From the NCBI GenBank assembly GCA_015067215.1, contig SVMW01000003.1, positions 6,682 through 70,681 on the forward strand: DNA of 64,000 bases, read 5' to 3'. The stretch comes from Oscillospiraceae bacterium (GTDB lineage Bacteria; Bacillota; Clostridia; Oscillospirales; Ruminococcaceae). Every line of letters starts with the position of its first letter. Within the stretch, counting starts at the first letter, position 1. Under the pieces are notes generated by a model that ran no database searches, was not told the origin of the DNA, and worked only from the letters and a program-made list of their open reading frames with translations. Below, piece after piece: positions 48,085-56,482 of the stretch. The position numbers and the translations under genes are program-made.

Positions 48085-49359
48085 ATGGAAAAATTTATAT
48101 ATGCTAAAGATGAACATGGCCTCAGCAGAGAAGAAATCCGCGATGCTCTTCTTGCAAGCATTGAAGGCCGTACATTGAACCACGCTCTTATTATTCCGCC
48201 GGATTTTACACGTTTTCATTCCAATGCCGGCTACATCACAAATGTTTATTACCATGCGCTGACTGAAATGGGATGTGAAGTTGATATTCTTCCTGCGCTT
48301 GGTACACATGTGCCTGTAACAGATGAAGAAATTGACATTATGTTCGGAGATATTCCGCATGATAAATTTATTCCTCACAACTGGCGTACAGATGTTGTAA
48401 AACTTGGTGAAGTTCCTGTGGAATATGTGGAAAAAGTTACAGAAGGGCTGTGGCATGAAAGTGTTGCAGTTGAAATAAACCGTCTTGTTATGGACGAAAA
48501 ATATGACATTATTATTTCACCGGGTCAGGTTGTACCACACGAAGTAATCGGTATGGCAAACCATTCCAAAAACCTGTTTGTAGGTGTTGGCGGCAGCCAG
48601 ATGATTAATTCCAGCCATATGGTTGGTGCAGTTTACGGCATGGAACGTATGATGGGTAAAGACCATACACCTGTACGTAAAATTCTTGATTACAGCCTTG
48701 AAAAATATCTTAAAGACAGACCAATTATTTTTGTTCTTACAGTATGTACAGCACCTGGCGGTAACATCCGTACACATGGTTTGTTTATCGGCGATACACG
48801 CAAGGTTCTGGAAGCTGCAATTGAACTTGCACAGGAAAAGAACATAGACTTTGTTGAAACAGGCATTAAAAAATGTGTTGTTTATCTTACTCCGGATGAA
48901 TTCAAAAGCACCTGGCTTGGCAATAAAAGTGTTTACCGTACAAGAATGGCTATTGCTGATGGCGGTGAACTGCTTGTTCTTGCACCGGGTATTGAACGTT
49001 TTGGTGAAGATGGTGTTGTTGACCAGCTTATCAGAAAATATGGTTATCGCGGCCGTATAAATACACTGGAACAGTTTGAAAAAGCTGAAAATCAGGACCT
49101 CAGAGACAATATGGGGGCAGCAGCACACCTTATTCATGGTTCTTCCGATGGCCGTTTCAAAATTACTTATGCAGTAAAAAATATCACTAAAGAAGAAGTT
49201 GAAGGTGTAGGTTTTGCTGCAGCAGATTATGATGAAATGGTTAAACGTTATGACCCTGAAAAACTTCAGTACGGCTACAACACTTTACCTGACGGTGAAG
49301 AAATTTACTATATTCCAAACCCTGCACTGGGTTTGTGGATCAATAAGGAGAAATTCTGA
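48085..49359 (+). CDS. LarA-superfamily (lactate racemase-like, DUF2088) protein; candidate nickel-pincer 2-hydroxyacid epimerase
   Basis: 424 aa. PPDFTRFHS, LGTHVPVTDEE, VVPHEVIGMANHSKNLFVG and MINSSHM align by eye to LarA DHTR, His108, His174/Lys184 and His200. Confidence 0.7.
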   Translation: MEKFIYAKDEHGLSREEIRDALLASIEGRTLNHALIIPPDFTRFHSNAGYITNVYYHALTEMGCEVDILPALGTHVPVTDEEIDIMFGDIPHDKFIPHNWRTDVVKLGEVPVEYVEKVTEGLWHESVAVEINRLVMDEKYDIIISPGQVVPHEVIGMANHSKNLFVGVGGSQMINSSHMVGAVYGMERMMGKDHTPVRKILDYSLEKYLKDRPIIFVLTVCTAPGGNIRTHGLFIGDTRKVLEAAIELAQEKNIDFVETGIKKCVVYLTPDEFKSTWLGNKSVYRTRMAIADGGELLVLAPGIERFGEDGVVDQLIRKYGYRGRINTLEQFEKAENQDLRDNMGAAAHLIHGSSDGRFKITYAVKNITKEEVEGVGFAAADYDEMVKRYDPEKLQYGYNTLPDGEEIYYIPNPALGLWINKEKF

Positions 49360-50747
49360 TGAAACCATTTATGAACGAAGATTTTCTTCTCAGCAATGAA
49401 GTGTCTCAGAAACTGTTTCACCAGTATGCTGAAAATTGTCCTATTATAGACTATCATAACCATCTGTCTCCAAAGGATATATTTAACCGCCGCAAATATG
49501 AAAACCTTACACAGCTGTGGCTGGAAGGCGACCATTATAAATGGCGTTGCATGCGTGTTTGCGGTATCAGTGAAGAATATGTAACAGGCAATGCACCTGA
49601 ATGGGATAAATTTTATGCTTTTGCAAAAATTATGCCAAGGCTTATCGGCACACCTGTTTATCACTGGGCACATCTGGAACTTCAGCGTTATTTTGGCATA
49701 GATACACCACTTACCGAAAAAACAGCTGAAGAAATCTGGAACAAAACCTGTGAAATGCTTAAAACAGAAGGCTTTGATGCAGTTTCATTGCTTGACAGAA
49801 TGGCAGTTAAAGTTCTATGTACCACAGACGATCCTGCGGACAGCCTTGAATGGCATACAAAACTTGCAGCAGAAGATATGCCTTTCTGCACATTGCCTTC
49901 ATTCCGTCCTGACAGATTTCTGCATATAGATCAGGCACCTTGGATGACTGCCATTGAACAGCTTGGTGATAAATATGGTGAAATCACAGACTGGAACAGT
50001 CTGCTTGAAGCACTCAGAAAATCACTTGATTTCTTCTGTAAAACAGGATGCCGTGTAACAGACCATGGGTTTATCCATTTCCGTTATGCTCAGGGCGATG
50101 CAGCACCTGTTATGGATAAAGCACTTAAAGGTGAAAAACTTACTGAAGAAGAAATCAGTGTATATCAGGGTGCATTGCTCAGATTCCTCGCAGAAGAATA
50201 TGCAAAGAGAGATCTTACAATGCAGCTGCATCTTGGACCAATACGCAATAATTCACCTAAATTGTTTGCTTCATTTGGTGCAGATGCAGGTGGTGACAGC
50301 ATTGGTGAAGCTACCAATCCATTCCAGCTCAGTGCATTTTTGAGTGATATTGATAAAGCAGGGTATCTGCCAAAAACTATTTTATACAACCTTAACCCTG
50401 CCGACAGTGCAATGCTTTCCACTATGGCTGTAAACTTTGCAGCTGATGGTGCAAAGGTGCAGTATGGTGCAGCATGGTGGCTGCTTGACCATATACGCGG
50501 CATCAGTGATCAGATTGATCAGCTTATGGAAACAGGTTTGCTTTCCGGTTCTGTAGGTATGCTTACAGACTCCAGGGCATTTACATCATTTGCACGTCAT
50601 GAGTATTTCCGTCGTATTTTATGCGAAAAACTTGGTAAACTTGTTGTAGAAGGACAATACCCTTGTGATATTGAAACTCTTGGTGAAATTGTAGAGAATA
50701 TCTGCTGGAAAAATGCAGTAAAATATTTCGATTTTGATGTAAAGTAA
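49359..50747 (+). CDS. uxaC: Glucuronate isomerase
   Basis: 462 aa. N-terminus FLLSNEVSQKLFHQYAENCPIIDYHNHLSPKDI is typical UxaC. Start shares TGATG with the upstream stop. Confidence 0.93.
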   Translation: MKPFMNEDFLLSNEVSQKLFHQYAENCPIIDYHNHLSPKDIFNRRKYENLTQLWLEGDHYKWRCMRVCGISEEYVTGNAPEWDKFYAFAKIMPRLIGTPVYHWAHLELQRYFGIDTPLTEKTAEEIWNKTCEMLKTEGFDAVSLLDRMAVKVLCTTDDPADSLEWHTKLAAEDMPFCTLPSFRPDRFLHIDQAPWMTAIEQLGDKYGEITDWNSLLEALRKSLDFFCKTGCRVTDHGFIHFRYAQGDAAPVMDKALKGEKLTEEEISVYQGALLRFLAEEYAKRDLTMQLHLGPIRNNSPKLFASFGADAGGDSIGEATNPFQLSAFLSDIDKAGYLPKTILYNLNPADSAMLSTMAVNFAADGAKVQYGAAWWLLDHIRGISDQIDQLMETGLLSGSVGMLTDSRAFTSFARHEYFRRILCEKLGKLVVEGQYPCDIETLGEIVENICWKNAVKYFDFDVK

Positions 50748-50780
50748 TATAACTTTACATCAAAAACTAAAAAAATAATG

Positions 50781-50815
50781 AACTCCGAAGGTAAAATATT
50801 GCTTTCGGAGTTTTA
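50781..50815 (+). terminator. Rho-independent terminator after uxaC
   Basis: Stem AACTCCGAA/TTCGGAGTT followed by a T-run. Confidence 0.6.
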
Positions 50816-50893
50816 ATTTGTCTTATTTTATAGATTTATCATACATTTTGGAGTATAATATATTAAATATTTCATTACAACGAGGTATAAAAT

Positions 50894-52810
50894 ATGAGAC
50901 AGATAGTTAACATCAATGAAGGCTGGATGTTTTCCAAAGTCAACTCTGCCTGGGAAATGGTGGATTTTCCGCATACATGGAACGGATATGACGGACAGGA
51001 TGGCGGTGATGACTATTTCCGTGGAACATGTATGTACTCAAAACCTGTTCGCAAAATGCTGTTGCCTAAAGCGGATAAATATTACATAGAATTTCAGGGT
51101 ACAAACTCTGAAGCAGTGTTATATATAAACAGGGAAGAAATCAGCCGTCACAGAGGCGGATATTCAACCTGGAGAGCAGATATTACCGAAGCGTTGTCAC
51201 GGGACGAAATTTCCACTGTTCTGGTTAAAGTTGATAACAAGGTTACAGAAGATATGTATCCTTGTGAGATGGACTTTCCGAACTATGGTGGAGTATACCG
51301 TGATGTTAATATAATCTGTGTAAACAATGCTCATTTTGATCTTGAATATTACGGCTCTCAGGGAATTAAAATTACACCTGAAATAAACGGCACAAATGCT
51401 GATGTCGAGATTGAAGTTTATCCGAAAAACATAAAATCTGAACAGAAACTTGTTTATGTAATCAAATCAGCTGATGGCGAAATTCTGTATGCAAAAGAGC
51501 TTTCATATAACGAAACAAAAACTGTTATTACAATTGAAAACGCACATCTGTGGAATGGTGTGAAAGACCCATACCTCTACACAGCAGAAGCCTATATCAC
51601 CGAAAATGGTGAAATAGTTGATAATGTTTCCGTTAAATTTGGTTGCCGCAGTTATCACCTTGATGCTGACAAAGGTTTTATTCTTAACGGAGAGGTTTAT
51701 CCTCTTTATGCTGTTGCACGTCATCAGGACAGATGGAGCTATGGCAATGCTTTGATTAAATCTGATATGGACGAGGATATGGCACTTATTTGTGAACTCG
51801 GTGCAAATGCGGTAAGACTTGCGCATTATCAGCATAATCAGTATTTTTACGATTTATGTGACGAAAAAGGTCTTGTAGTGTGGGCTGAAATTCCATATAT
51901 TAACAAACATATTCCTGCAGCAAAAGAAAGCACACGTTCACAGCTTAAAGAACTTGTTGTACAGAATTATAATCATCCTTCCATTATAGTGTGGGGGCTT
52001 TCCAATGAACTCAACCTTGAAGATGATTACGAAGATATGACAGAAAATCATAAATATCTTAACGATTTATGTCACAGTCTTGACTCTACACGCCTTACAG
52101 TAATCGGCAGTATTGCATCAACACCTGATACTGACCCGTTTATCCGTATTACCGATGCAGTAGGTTACAACCTTTACTACGGCTGGTACGGCGGAAAAAT
52201 TGAAGACAATGGCATATGGCTGGATAATTTCCACAAGAACAATCCTGATAAGCCTATAGGTGTGTCAGAATATGGATGTGAATCACTTGACTGGCATAGC
52301 AACAACCCTGTTGCATGGGATTTTACCGAAGAATTCCACGCACATTTTCACGAAGAACTTATAAAACAGCTTTATACCAGAGATTATCTGTGGATAAGAA
52401 TATGTTGGAATATGTTTGACTATGCTGCTGACGGAAGAAATGAAGGCGGCAAACCCGGCCAGAACCGTAAAGGTCTTGTTACTATCGACCGCAAATATAA
52501 AAAAGATGCATTCTATGCTTATAAAGCCTGGCTTTCCGATGAACCTTTTGTTCACATTGGCGGCAAACGATATGTTGACAGAGCGGAAGAGGTTACAAAA
52601 GTTACGGTTTATTCCAACCAGCCTGAAGTTGAACTTTTCGCAAACGGGGTTTCATTAGGCAAGCAGACAAGCGATGAGCATTTCTTCTATTATGATGTAC
52701 CTAATACAGCTGATGTAACACGTCTCAGAGCGGTTGCGGGCAGTTGTGAAGATACAAGTAAAATCAATAAAGTGAGCCAGCCAAATCCGGAATATATATT
52801 CAAAAAATAA
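50894..52810 (+). CDS. uidA: GH2 beta-glucuronidase
   Basis: 638 aa, no signal peptide. Acid/base WGLSNE, nucleophile VSEYG, YNLYYGWY, and the glucuronide-specific N-x-K motif (GQNRKGLVT). Confidence 0.8.
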   Translation: MRQIVNINEGWMFSKVNSAWEMVDFPHTWNGYDGQDGGDDYFRGTCMYSKPVRKMLLPKADKYYIEFQGTNSEAVLYINREEISRHRGGYSTWRADITEALSRDEISTVLVKVDNKVTEDMYPCEMDFPNYGGVYRDVNIICVNNAHFDLEYYGSQGIKITPEINGTNADVEIEVYPKNIKSEQKLVYVIKSADGEILYAKELSYNETKTVITIENAHLWNGVKDPYLYTAEAYITENGEIVDNVSVKFGCRSYHLDADKGFILNGEVYPLYAVARHQDRWSYGNALIKSDMDEDMALICELGANAVRLAHYQHNQYFYDLCDEKGLVVWAEIPYINKHIPAAKESTRSQLKELVVQNYNHPSIIVWGLSNELNLEDDYEDMTENHKYLNDLCHSLDSTRLTVIGSIASTPDTDPFIRITDAVGYNLYYGWYGGKIEDNGIWLDNFHKNNPDKPIGVSEYGCESLDWHSNNPVAWDFTEEFHAHFHEELIKQLYTRDYLWIRICWNMFDYAADGRNEGGKPGQNRKGLVTIDRKYKKDAFYAYKAWLSDEPFVHIGGKRYVDRAEEVTKVTVYSNQPEVELFANGVSLGKQTSDEHFFYYDVPNTADVTRLRAVAGSCEDTSKINKVSQPNPEYIFKK

Positions 52811-52827
52811 CATTGTAACAAATACAG

Positions 52828-52864
52828 ATATCCCTTTATATGTTTAAAGGGATATTTGTTTTTT
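52828..52864 (+). terminator. Rho-independent terminator
   Basis: 11-bp stem ATATCCCTTTA/TAAAGGGATAT followed by a T-run. Confidence 0.65.
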
Positions 52865-52934
52865 ATTGTCTCTTGAAATTAAGTATTAAATCTAATATAA
52901 TAATAAAGTTATAAACTTAAAAGGAATGTTACAA

Positions 52935-53975
52935 ATGAAAGATTTAATGAATACAGCATCATACCATTTCGATCTTCCGCAGGAACTTATTGCACAGACT
53001 CCTGCAATTCCTCGTGACAGCTGTAAATTATTATATGTAGATAAAAATAATGTTGGTAACTATCAGGACAAAGTTTTTACCGATGTGCTTGATATTCTCA
53101 AAGAAGGCGATGTGCTTGTACTCAACGATTCTAAAGTGCTGCCTGCGCGTCTTTACGGCAACAAAACAACAGGTGCACACTGTGAACTGCTTATGCTTAA
53201 ACAGAAACAGCAGGATGTATGGGAATGCCTGGCTAAACCGGGTAAAAGACTCCGCAACGGTGACAGAATTGTATTCAGTGACAGCTGTTTAACTGCTGAA
53301 ATTGTAGAAACACTGGAAAACGGCAATAAAATAGTCAGATTCTTATATACAACACAGACACTGTTTGAAGCTCTGGATATTGTTGGCAAATTGCCTTTGC
53401 CGCATTATATTACAAAAGAACTTGAAGACGGTTCTCTGTATCAGACTGAATATGCTAAAATTCTTGGTTCTGCAGCTGCGCCTACAGCAGGCTTGCATTT
53501 TACACAGGAATTGATGAAAGCACTTGAAGAAAAAGGTGTGATTATCAAATATATTACCCTGCATGTAGGTTTGGGCACATTCAGGCCGGTTAAAACTGAT
53601 AATATTCTTGAACACGAAATGCACAGCGAATGGTTTACCATTCCTCAGGATACAGCAGACGCAGTAAAAAAAGCAAAAGAAGAGGGAAGACGTGTTATTT
53701 CTGTAGGGACCACAAGTACAAGAACTCTTGAAAGCTGTTATAAATTTCATGGGGATATAAAAGCCTGCAGCATGGATACAAATATCTTTATCTATCCGGG
53801 TTATGAATTTAAAGCAATTGATGGGCTGATTACAAACTTTCACCTGCCTGAAAGCACACTCATTATGCTTGTAAGTGCATTGGCAGGTTATGAAAACTGT
53901 ATGGAAGCATATAAACATGCGGTTGAACAGAGATACCGTTTCTATAGTTTCGGCGATGCAATGATTATTCTTTAA
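52935..53975 (+). CDS. queA: S-adenosylmethionine:tRNA ribosyltransferase-isomerase
   Basis: FDLPQELIAQTP N-terminal motif, TAGLHFT, ISVGTTSTRTLES. The second ATG is preferred on RBS spacing. Confidence 0.93.
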   Translation: MKDLMNTASYHFDLPQELIAQTPAIPRDSCKLLYVDKNNVGNYQDKVFTDVLDILKEGDVLVLNDSKVLPARLYGNKTTGAHCELLMLKQKQQDVWECLAKPGKRLRNGDRIVFSDSCLTAEIVETLENGNKIVRFLYTTQTLFEALDIVGKLPLPHYITKELEDGSLYQTEYAKILGSAAAPTAGLHFTQELMKALEEKGVIIKYITLHVGLGTFRPVKTDNILEHEMHSEWFTIPQDTADAVKKAKEEGRRVISVGTTSTRTLESCYKFHGDIKACSMDTNIFIYPGYEFKAIDGLITNFHLPESTLIMLVSALAGYENCMEAYKHAVEQRYRFYSFGDAMIIL

Positions 53976-53984
53976 GAGGTAAAA

Positions 53985-55118
53985 ATGTCATACAAACTTA
54001 TTAAAAATGTAAACACAGCAAGAAGAGGGGAATTTACAACAGTACATGGTACAGTACAGACTCCTGCTTTTATGAATGTTGCTACAACCGCAGCAATCAA
54101 AGGTGGTCTTTCTACAAAAGACCTTGAAGATATACGCTGCCAGGTTATGCTTTGCAACACATATCATCTTCATCTGAGACCTACAGACAAAATTGTTCAC
54201 GATTTAGGTGGTCTGCATCAGTTTACTAACTGGAAAAGACCTATTCTTACAGATAGCGGTGGATTTCAGGTTTTTTCACTTGCAAAACTGCGCAAAATTA
54301 AAGAAGAGGGCGTATATTTTTCATCCCATATTGATGGCAGAAAAATTTTTATGGGTCCTGAAGAAAGTATGCAGATTCAGTCAAATCTTGCATCTACAAT
54401 TGCAATGGCATTTGACGAATGTGTAGAAAACCCTGCACAGTATTCCTATTCCAAAGACTCTTGTGCAAGAACAACACGATGGCTTAAGCGTTGTAAAGCG
54501 GAAATGGACCGTCTCAACAGCCTTGAATCAACAATTAACAAGAAACAGATGTTGTTTGGTATTAACCAGGGTTGCTGTTTTGATGACCTGCGTGTTAACC
54601 ATATGAAAGAAATCCGTGAACTTGACCTTGACGGTTATGCAATCGGCGGTCTTGCCGTTGGTGAACCCAAAGAAGAAATGTATCATGTTATTTCTGTTGT
54701 TGAAGAACATATGCCTAAAGATAAAATACGTTATCTTATGGGTGTAGGCACACCTGGCAATATTCTTGAAGCAGTACGACGTGGTGTTGATATTTTTGAC
54801 TGTGTAATGCCAAGCAGAAATGCCCGCCATGGACATCTGAATACATGGAATGGCATTATCAACATCAAAAATGCAAAATATCAGCTTGATACAGAACCAA
54901 TTGACCCTGAATGCGATTGTCCTGTATGCAGAACATATTCCAAAGCATATATCCGTCATCTTTTTAAAGCTGATGAAATGCTTGCAATGCGTCTTGCGGT
55001 AATGCATAATCTGTATTTCTACAACAATCTTATGGAAAAAATCAGAGCATCACTTGATAATGATACATTTGAAGAGTTTTACAGAAGATATGTAGATTTG
55101 CTGGATACAAGAATTTAA
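53985..55118 (+). CDS. tgt: Queuine tRNA-ribosyltransferase
   Basis: TPAFMNV, LTDSGGFQV, GLAVGE, Zn site CDCPVC..H. Confidence 0.95.
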   Translation: MSYKLIKNVNTARRGEFTTVHGTVQTPAFMNVATTAAIKGGLSTKDLEDIRCQVMLCNTYHLHLRPTDKIVHDLGGLHQFTNWKRPILTDSGGFQVFSLAKLRKIKEEGVYFSSHIDGRKIFMGPEESMQIQSNLASTIAMAFDECVENPAQYSYSKDSCARTTRWLKRCKAEMDRLNSLESTINKKQMLFGINQGCCFDDLRVNHMKEIRELDLDGYAIGGLAVGEPKEEMYHVISVVEEHMPKDKIRYLMGVGTPGNILEAVRRGVDIFDCVMPSRNARHGHLNTWNGIINIKNAKYQLDTEPIDPECDCPVCRTYSKAYIRHLFKADEMLAMRLAVMHNLYFYNNLMEKIRASLDNDTFEEFYRRYVDLLDTRI

Positions 55119-55124
55119 ATTATT

Positions 55125-55153
55125 GCATTTATTGTAAAATAATGATATAATTA
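55125..55153 (+). promoter_or_regulatory. Putative sigma-A promoter for yajC
   Basis: TTGCAT, 17-nt spacer, TGaTATAAT. Confidence 0.5.
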
Positions 55154-55183
55154 TATTTAGTCTATAATGGAGGTAGAAACGTT

Positions 55184-55489
55184 ATGTTTATGTTAGAAAC
55201 AACTGCAGCAACAACAGGTTCTATGATTGTTAGCATGGTTCCTTTCCTTCTTATCATTGCTGTTATGTATTTTATGGTTATCCGTCCACAGAAGAAAAAG
55301 GATAAACAGATGCAGGAAATGAGAAGCAGCATTGAAATCGGCGATACAGTTACAACTATCGGCGGTATTGTTGGTATCGTAGTTTCCATGAAAGAAGATA
55401 CTCTTGTTGTTGAAACTGGCACAGGCAGCTCCAAAATCCGTTTTAAAAGATGGGCTGTTTCTGAAGTTGCAAAACTTAAAGTTGACTAA
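55184..55489 (+). CDS. yajC: Preprotein translocase subunit YajC
   Basis: One TM segment followed by IRPQKKKDKQ and GDTVTTIGGIVG. Confidence 0.85.
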   Translation: MFMLETTAATTGSMIVSMVPFLLIIAVMYFMVIRPQKKKDKQMQEMRSSIEIGDTVTTIGGIVGIVVSMKEDTLVVETGTGSSKIRFKRWAVSEVAKLKVD

Positions 55490-55512
55490 TCAGGCAATTT
55501 AAAAGAATTAAA

Positions 55513-55564
55513 ACACCTTTTACCGAATAGAATGTATTGAACATTCGGTAGGAGGTGTTTTTTT
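55513..55564 (+). terminator. Terminator hairpin after yajC whose 3' arm carries the next gene's SD
   Basis: ACACC+TTT+TACCGAAT paired with ATTCGGTA+GGA+GGTGT (about 16 bp including G-U pairs), 14-nt loop, 7-T run. Confidence 0.6.
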
Positions 55565-55958
55565 GTTTTATCGCATATTAAAGGGAAATGCAGAAACCAT
55601 CAAAATTATTTCAAAGCTTTTACTGATGGTTACAGTGTGTCTTGTTACAGTTATCCTGTTGTTTTGTGCAGCAGCTTTTGCAATATCAAATATTGACTTT
55701 ACCTATGAATCACTTCCTGTTATTATTGCTTCAATTTTAAGCATTGCGTCTGCTTTTGACGGTTTCGTGATATCAAAGATATTCAAGAAAAACGGTTTGT
55801 TTTGGGGCGTTTTTGCGGGTGCTGTTATATTTGCGTTTATTTTTATAATATCTTTGAAATCAGGAACATTTAATGTGACGTCCGATTTTTTCACCAAGAT
55901 GGTCATTTGCATTATAGCAGGTGCTATTGGTGGAATTACAGGAGTAAATGTAAATTAG
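55563..55958 (+). CDS. Small 4-TM membrane protein (TIGR04086/YrzE-like)
   Basis: 131 aa. TTG start lies 5 nt after GGAGGTG. The family call is from memory of similar yajC-adjacent genes. Confidence 0.5.
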   Translation: MFYRILKGNAETIKIISKLLLMVTVCLVTVILLFCAAAFAISNIDFTYESLPVIIASILSIASAFDGFVISKIFKKNGLFWGVFAGAVIFAFIFIISLKSGTFNVTSDFFTKMVICIIAGAIGGITGVNVN

Positions 55959-55972
55959 TGCAGGTTATTGAA

Positions 55973-56482
55973 ATGGTAAACAAAACGAAAGAAAGCAGAA
56001 AACAGGCAATAAAAGCAGAAAAATATATTTTATTATTTCTGTTGATCTCTTATATTTCAGGTGTATGTTCCGGATGTTATTTTGTTCTGAGCAATAAAGA
56101 TAATGCTTTATTCACAAGTTACATTACAACAGGAGATGCAATAAATGTCGGTATATTTTTCATACTCTCATTGTTGTTGAAGTATTCAGGAATACTAAGT
56201 GTACTGCTATACTTTTTACCTTTTTTTTCAGGAATTCAAAATTCAGCAAATTACTGCAACTATCTTTTAATGGATAATATTCCTGTATACAGTATTATAT
56301 CTGATGCAATAAAAGATACCGCAATCGTATTGTTACTGATTTTATATATTATTGTAATACTATCCCAGATACTAAACAGAAAATTTAATATAAAAAAAGA
56401 CCTTAAATATTTTTTATTGTATTTTTCGGGGATGACAGTTATATATATTATTGATTATATTATTACTACTGTTGTTTTTTAG
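55973..56482 (+). CDS. Hypothetical multi-pass membrane protein (weakly SpoIIM-like)
   Basis: About 170 aa, 4-5 hydrophobic segments, AT-rich. Start is uncertain. The 3' end overlaps the convergent recombinase gene by 17 nt. Confidence 0.4.
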   Translation: MVNKTKESRKQAIKAEKYILLFLLISYISGVCSGCYFVLSNKDNALFTSYITTGDAINVGIFFILSLLLKYSGILSVLLYFLPFFSGIQNSANYCNYLLMDNIPVYSIISDAIKDTAIVLLLILYIIVILSQILNRKFNIKKDLKYFLLYFSGMTVIYIIDYIITTVVF

